DNA of 64,000 bases, taken from an uncultured virus (IMG/VR IMGVR_UViG_3300011969_000080) (taxonomy: Duplodnaviria; Heunggongvirae; Uroviricota; Caudoviricetes). The translations under genes and the position numbers were made by a program. The notes under the pieces were generated by a model that worked only from the letters and a program-made list of their open reading frames with translations, made no database searches and was not told where the DNA came from. This document shows, one piece after another, positions 58,982 to 64,000 of the stretch. The stretch lies in the IMG/VR virus record IMGVR_UViG_3300011969_000080; one strand, written 5' to 3'. Numbering within the stretch: the first letter of the stretch is position 1; every line of letters begins with the position of its first letter.

Positions 58982-59089
58982 TCCGCGGGCGCCTACGCCG
59001 CCGCACCCCTGTTGGGTTTGACACGCCGCCCACCACGGTCCCACCAGACAGGCCACCCTGGCCCGCACCCCCGCACCCTGGAGCTCCAA

Positions 59090-60628
59090 GTGGCACGTTC
59101 GGTAGGCATTGACCTCGGTACCACCAACTCGGTAGTTGCCGTCCTCGAGGGTGGGCAGCCCACCATCATTGCCAACGCCGAGGGCGGGCGCACGACGCCA
59201 TCCGTTGTTGCGTTCTCCAAGGACGGCGAGGTGTTCGTCGGCGAGGTCGCCAAGCGGCAGGCCGTCACCAACGTTGACCGGACGATCCGCTCGGTCAAAC
59301 GGCAGATCGGCACCAACTGGACCCAGAAGATTGACGGCAAGACGTACACCGCCCAGGAGATCAGCGCCCGCATCCTGCAGAAGCTCAAGCGTGACGCGGA
59401 AGCGTACCTGGGCGAGGACGTCACAGACGCCGTGATCACGGTCCCGGCGTACTTCGATGACGCTGAGCGCCAGGCGACCAAGGAGGCCGGTGAGATCGCG
59501 GGCCTGAACGTCCTGCGCATCATCAACGAGCCCACCGCTGCGGCGCTCGCCTACGGCCTGGACAAGGGCAAGGAGGACGAGCTCATCCTCGTCTTCGACC
59601 TCGGCGGTGGCACCTTCGACGTCTCGCTGCTCGAGGTCGGCAAGGACCCCGACGACGGCTTCTCCACCATCCAGGTCCGCGCGACCAACGGCGACAACCG
59701 GCTGGGCGGCGACGACTGGGACGACCGCATCGTCGAGCACCTGGTGGCCTGCGTGAAGAACGCACACGGCATCGACCTGACGGGCGACAAGATCGCCATG
59801 CAGCGTCTGCACGACGCCGCGGAGCAGGCAAAGAAGGAACTGTCCGCGGTGTCGAGCACCAACATCAGCCTGCCCTACCTTTCCATGACCGCAAACGGGC
59901 CAGTCCTCCTGGACGAGACCCTGACCCGCGGGCACTTCGAGCAGCTCACCGCAGACCTGCTCGAGCGCGTCAAGGAGCCGTTCCGCCAGGTCATCCAGGA
60001 CGCCGGCATCGGCCTCGCGGACATTGACCACGTCGTGCTTGTCGGCGGGTCCACCCGGATGCCCGCCGTCGTGACAGTGGTCACCGAGCTCACCGGCGGG
60101 AAGGCCCCCAACAAGGGTGTCAACCCCGACGAGGTTGTTGCTCTCGGCGCCACCCTGCAGGCGGGCGTCCTCAACGGCGAGCGCGAAGACGTCCTCCTGA
60201 TCGACGTGACGCCAATGTCCCTGGGCATCGCCATCGCCCATGGCAGCGTACGGGACCGGATGAGCAAGATCATCGAACGCAACACGGCCATCCCGACCAA
60301 GCGCTCGGAGGTGTACACCACGTCGGAGAACAACCAGACCTCGGTCCTCATTCAGGTATTCCAGGGGGAGGACGAGACCGCCAGCCGCAACACCGGCCTG
60401 GGCACCTTCGAGCTCGACGGCATCGCGCCGGCCCCCACGGGCGTGCCCCAGATCGAGGTCACCTTCACCATCGACGCCAACGGCATCGTCCACGTGTCCG
60501 CCAAGGACCTGGCCACCGGCCGGGAGCAGCACATCACCATCTCGGGCGGCTCGGCAACGCCGGGGCACGAGCTGGCGCGCATGGTCCGCGAAGCCGCAAG
60601 CGGCACCGTTGACCGCTGGAACGGGTGA
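59090..60628 (+). CDS. dnaK: Hsp70 chaperone DnaK, C-terminally truncated (512 aa)
   Basis: [46 protein letters not shown]. Confidence 0.95.
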   Translation: MARSVGIDLGTTNSVVAVLEGGQPTIIANAEGGRTTPSVVAFSKDGEVFVGEVAKRQAVTNVDRTIRSVKRQIGTNWTQKIDGKTYTAQEISARILQKLKRDAEAYLGEDVTDAVITVPAYFDDAERQATKEAGEIAGLNVLRIINEPTAAALAYGLDKGKEDELILVFDLGGGTFDVSLLEVGKDPDDGFSTIQVRATNGDNRLGGDDWDDRIVEHLVACVKNAHGIDLTGDKIAMQRLHDAAEQAKKELSAVSSTNISLPYLSMTANGPVLLDETLTRGHFEQLTADLLERVKEPFRQVIQDAGIGLADIDHVVLVGGSTRMPAVVTVVTELTGGKAPNKGVNPDEVVALGATLQAGVLNGEREDVLLIDVTPMSLGIAIAHGSVRDRMSKIIERNTAIPTKRSEVYTTSENNQTSVLIQVFQGEDETASRNTGLGTFELDGIAPAPTGVPQIEVTFTIDANGIVHVSAKDLATGREQHITISGGSATPGHELARMVREAASGTVDRWNG

Positions 60629-61358
60629 CGGCGCCGTGGGTACGCCGTGGTCCCGGTTCCTCGATGCCCCCCGTGGGACCATCGGGCGGGCCCTAGACGA
60701 CCTGGCGGCCGCTGCCGCTGAGACGCCCACTGAGGATCTGACAAGCGCGACGCCCGCAGAAGACGCCCTGGCCATCGAGACTCCACCCGCGGGCGCAACC
60801 AGCGCTGAGCCGGTGGAAGACGCCCCGCCGTGTCCCGACCTGGCCGAGGAGATCACCGTCGAGGCCCCCTGTGAAGAAGAGGGCCCGGGGGAGTACGTCG
60901 AGGCCGCCCACCCAGACACCACCCGCGCCGGCGAGCTGGCCCGCAAGCTGGAAAGGGAGCTGGAAAGGGAGCGCGCCGAGTACGCCAACTACAAGCTGCG
61001 GGTGGACCGCGACCGCGACCTGCAGCGCGACCTGGCGGTTAGCGGCGTGTTCCAGTCGGCGCTACTGCCCGTGCTGGACGACATCCACCTGGCGCGCCAA
61101 CATGGCGACCTCACGGACGGTCCCGGTGGTGCCATCGCTGCCAAGTTCGAGGGACTGGTTGACCGCCTTGGCCTTCGGCAGTTTGGGCAGGCCGGCGACG
61201 TGTTCGACCCGCGAATCCATGAGGCGCTCATGCACACCCCGGCCGCAGACCCCGGCGCCCCCTCAGTGACCACAGTCGTGCAGGTGCTGCAGCCCGGCTA
61301 CCTGATGGGCGAGCGGGTCATCCGCGCTGCCCGCGTCGCCGTGGCGGACCTGCCGTAA
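60609..61358 (+). CDS. grpE: Nucleotide exchange factor GrpE (start uncertain)
   Basis: [37 protein letters not shown]. Confidence 0.93.
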   Translation: MTAGTGDGAVGTPWSRFLDAPRGTIGRALDDLAAAAAETPTEDLTSATPAEDALAIETPPAGATSAEPVEDAPPCPDLAEEITVEAPCEEEGPGEYVEAAHPDTTRAGELARKLERELERERAEYANYKLRVDRDRDLQRDLAVSGVFQSALLPVLDDIHLARQHGDLTDGPGGAIAAKFEGLVDRLGLRQFGQAGDVFDPRIHEALMHTPAADPGAPSVTTVVQVLQPGYLMGERVIRAARVAVADLP

Positions 61359-61385
61359 CACCCCACCCAGAGAGGGGCGACAACG

Positions 61386-62285
61386 ATGGCCAGCCAGGAC
61401 TTCTACACGATCCTCGGCGTCCCCCACGACGTCACAGGGGACGGCGTCAAGAAGGCGTACCGCCAACTCGCCCGCAAACTGCACCCCGACCACAACCCCG
61501 GGGACGCCGCGGCTGAAAAACGGTTCAAGGAGATCAGCGCGGCGTACGCCACCCTGTCCCGCCCCGAGGCGCGCAAGGCGTACGATGCCGCGCGTCAGGC
61601 GCCAGCACCCTTGCCCTACACCGCCGACCCCGTGTTTGACGACGTATTCAGCAGCCTGTTTGGCGGGCGCGCCCCCCGGTATGGGAACCTAGAAGACCTG
61701 CTTAGCGGCCCACCCCGGCGTGTCGGCCCTCGTCCAGGCGCCGACGTGCAGGCGCACGTCACGCTGCCCTTCCGCGACGCGGTTGAGGGCGCAACGGTGA
61801 CGCTGAGCACCGAGGACGGCGCCAGAATCACCGCGCGCATCCCGGCCGGCGTCAAGAACAGCCAGAAGATCAGGCTCCGCGGTAAGGGCGACCCCGGCGA
61901 ACGGGGCGGCCCGGCCGGCGACCTCCTGCTCACCGTGAAGGTGGCCACACATCCAGTGTTTGGCCGCACCGGCAACAGCCTGACCGTTGACCTGCCGGTC
62001 ACCTTTGCCGAAGCCTGCCTGGGGGCAACGGTGCGGGTGCCCGTGCTGTCTGGTGCCCCCGTCAGCGTCAGGATCGCCGCCGGGACAGCGGGCGGGCAGG
62101 TACTGCGCGTCAAGGGCCGGGGTGTTGTCACCGGTGAGCGCACAGGCGACCTGCTGGTCCGGGTGCGCGTGGTGGTCCCCCGGCAGCTGTCTGACAAAGC
62201 CCGCGAGGCGCTCGGGGTGCTGCGTGCTGAGGACGCTGCCACAGACCCCCGCGCAGACGTATTTGCGCACGCCACAGAGCGCTGA
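61386..62285 (+). CDS. dnaJ: DnaJ co-chaperone (no zinc finger)
   Basis: J domain with HPD; C-terminal domain IPAGV..IRLRGKG..GDLL. Confidence 0.92.
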   Translation: MASQDFYTILGVPHDVTGDGVKKAYRQLARKLHPDHNPGDAAAEKRFKEISAAYATLSRPEARKAYDAARQAPAPLPYTADPVFDDVFSSLFGGRAPRYGNLEDLLSGPPRRVGPRPGADVQAHVTLPFRDAVEGATVTLSTEDGARITARIPAGVKNSQKIRLRGKGDPGERGGPAGDLLLTVKVATHPVFGRTGNSLTVDLPVTFAEACLGATVRVPVLSGAPVSVRIAAGTAGGQVLRVKGRGVVTGERTGDLLVRVRVVVPRQLSDKAREALGVLRAEDAATDPRADVFAHATER

Positions 62286-62329
62286 CCAGCCCGCTTGCGT
62301 TATCCCCGTCAGCCCCCACAGTGAAGGTC

Positions 62330-63079
62330 ATGAACCGCACACCGCTAACCACTGAGTTCCTGACCACCCGCTACGTTCGGGACGGCGCCACCTTCGGCGA
62401 GCTCGCCGCCGAGACCGGCTGGTCCTCCACCAAGATCCGCAACGCCATGCACGACGCCGAGCTGCCCATCCGCCCGCGGGGTGGCGTGACCCTTTCTGGG
62501 GCCCTCACCGCGGACTACCTCGCCCAGCGGTACACGACCGACGCCGCCAGCGTCGTCGACATCGCCGCGGAGACCGGCCTCTCCGCCGCCACTGTCCTGC
62601 GAGCCATGCGCCGCGGCCGTGTGGCCACTGACGTCGCCCACCGGCGCGGGTCGCGGTACGCCAGCGTCCTCACTCGGGACTTCCTCATCGGGCTGTACAT
62701 GTTCGATGGGTCATCCGCTGCTGCGATCGCGTCAGAGGTTGGCTGCTCCACCCAGACCGTCCTGACGGCCCTGCGCAACCACGGGCTCACCGTCCGGGTC
62801 CAGAAGGCCCCGCCGATCGCCCGCGAGCAGCTGCTCGACCTGTACATCACCCAGGGCCACGCCGCCGGCTTCGTCGCGAACGCCCTCGGCGTCTCCCGCG
62901 GCACGCTCAACGCGGCCCTCATTCGCGAGCACCTGCCCACCCCGCGGCAGATGCGCCAGGCCCTGGGTGACACCGGGCTGACCGTTGCCGCGGCGTACCA
63001 GGCGCTGGCCACCTACGTCCCCACGGACGAGCCGGGCACCTGCGTGCTCGCCGCGGCGTGGGCCCTCGCAGCCCGGTAA
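62330..63079 (+). CDS. Protein with four tandem HTH repeats
   Basis: Repeated L...Y......IA.E.G.S...V. Confidence 0.75.
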   Translation: MNRTPLTTEFLTTRYVRDGATFGELAAETGWSSTKIRNAMHDAELPIRPRGGVTLSGALTADYLAQRYTTDAASVVDIAAETGLSAATVLRAMRRGRVATDVAHRRGSRYASVLTRDFLIGLYMFDGSSAAAIASEVGCSTQTVLTALRNHGLTVRVQKAPPIAREQLLDLYITQGHAAGFVANALGVSRGTLNAALIREHLPTPRQMRQALGDTGLTVAAAYQALATYVPTDEPGTCVLAAAWALAAR

Positions 63080-63167
63080 GGCCCGCTGCACGCCCATTGC
63101 GATTGCGTCACCCGCCTCCACGGTGTGTGCGGAGGCGCCCACCGCGCCCACTACTACTGGAGCCCCC

Positions 63168-63653
63168 ATGCCCTGCGACCGCAACACCCCCTGCGACCAC
63201 CACGCCACCCCCTCACCGTTCCGCCCCGGGGAGGCCCTTTTCGTGGGTGCCGAAACAGGCGGAGGCAAGTCGGCCGTGCTGTACCCCCCCCATCTGCGCG
63301 GAGTGTCCGAGGCAATGTGGCAAGAGGCTCTCGGGTTCGCCGAACAGGGCATATCCGTGCTGCTGTTTTCCCTGGAGGACGCGGGTGCGGGACACCTGTC
63401 CAGGCTGATGGCCAACTGCTCTCGCCTCGACGTCCCCAGCCTCCCGCAGCTGGACCTTAGCGTGGTCTACGGGCCGGCGACGTACAGTGGGGTTGCAAGT
63501 GCTGTGCGCGAATGGGAGGCCACCCGCCGTCCCGGGGTCGTCATGCTCGACCGGACGACTGCCGTAGTTCTGGACGGCACCGAACCTGCGGGTCTGCTTC
63601 CCGAGCTGCACGTTCTCGACTTTGCCACCCGCCACATGACGTTCATCGCCTGA
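63168..63653 (+). CDS. Short or degenerate DnaB-like ATPase
   Basis: GAETGGGKS, VLLFSLED, VVMLD. Confidence 0.55.
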   Translation: MPCDRNTPCDHHATPSPFRPGEALFVGAETGGGKSAVLYPPHLRGVSEAMWQEALGFAEQGISVLLFSLEDAGAGHLSRLMANCSRLDVPSLPQLDLSVVYGPATYSGVASAVREWEATRRPGVVMLDRTTAVVLDGTEPAGLLPELHVLDFATRHMTFIA

Positions 63654-63693
63654 CGGGCCCACCCCGCCGGCACACCTGCTGCGCACACACAGC

Positions 63694-63728
63694 GAGGCAC
63701 CCCCAGCCGTCGACGGCTGGGGGTGCTT
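63694..63728. terminator. Hairpin between convergent genes
   Basis: GCACCCCCAGCCGT-CG-ACGGCTGGGGGTGC. Confidence 0.65.
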
Positions 63729-63740
63729 GGTTGCGATCGG

Positions 63741-63998
63741 TCAGAACGCGTTGGCGAACGGGTTCCCCGAGTCTGCGGCGGGGGCAGCCGCGGGGGCAGC
63801 TGCGGGGGCCGCGGGCTTGGGGGTTGCAGGGGCCGCGGACTTGGGGGCTACCGGAGCCTGCGGGGCCACCTGACCGGTGGGACGGTCGCGCTCGACGCCG
63901 GTGACCATCTGGTAGATCAGCGAGATGCCGACGGTGGCGTCCTTGACCTCGGTGACCGAGCGCTTGTCGCCGGCGGAGGTCTCGTAGTCGCGGGTGCG
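63741..63998 (-). CDS. ssb: Single-stranded DNA-binding protein, 3' part (absent from ORF track)
   Basis: Manual translation RTRDYETSAGDKRSVTEV..VGISL, Ala/Pro linker, tail DSGNPFANAF*. Confidence 0.8.
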   Translation of the reverse strand, partial: RTRDYETSAGDKRSVTEVKDATVGISLIYQMVTGVERDRPTGQVAPQAPVAPKSAAPATPKPAAPAAAPAAAPAADSGNPFANAF

Positions 63999-64000
63999 GA

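Noticed and set aside
58280..60988. 902-aa minus-strand ORF and similar long ORFs (1676-2878, 47263-48723, 51606-53009, 53094-54500)
   Set aside because: Antisense shadows of dnaK, tnpB, folC and other genes, expected in high-GC DNA.
63775..63870. G-rich tandem repeats
   Set aside because: Ala/Pro linker of SSB on the minus strand.
1..64000. tRNA, rRNA, virion or conjugation genes
   Set aside because: None recognised by eye, so plasmid versus phage cannot be decided from this window.

Overview
Very GC-rich actinobacterial-type DNA that reads as part of a large extrachromosomal element (megaplasmid or giant phage-like replicon; inferred, no virion or conjugation genes here). It carries a sigma-70 factor, two DNA methyltransferases, RecA (with an assembly gap), RusA-like, TM0106-like and HIRAN proteins, DnaB-like helicases, SSB, FolC, a lidless DnaK-GrpE-DnaJ operon and many paralogous hypothetical genes. 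Main observations: (1) Two transposase-less IS605-type tnpB genes are each followed by a right-end/guide region that is a diverged copy of the 3' part of the gene just upstream (dam; TM0106-like nuclease). This suggests RNA-guided homing cassettes with a recoded self allele. (2) More than 25 genes share a promoter TTGYSY-N16-CACRGT, often 7 nt before the start codon, and the encoded sigma has His at the position of E. coli sigma70 Q437. (3) An unclassified Mutator-like IS family and its MITE have independently interrupted both tnpBs, and swapped target-site duplications point to a 23.5-kb inversion. (4) There is also an orphan IS607-type omega-RNA, a lipoprotein cassette array and a family of proteins sharing one C-terminal module. 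All calls are by eye; no searches were run.
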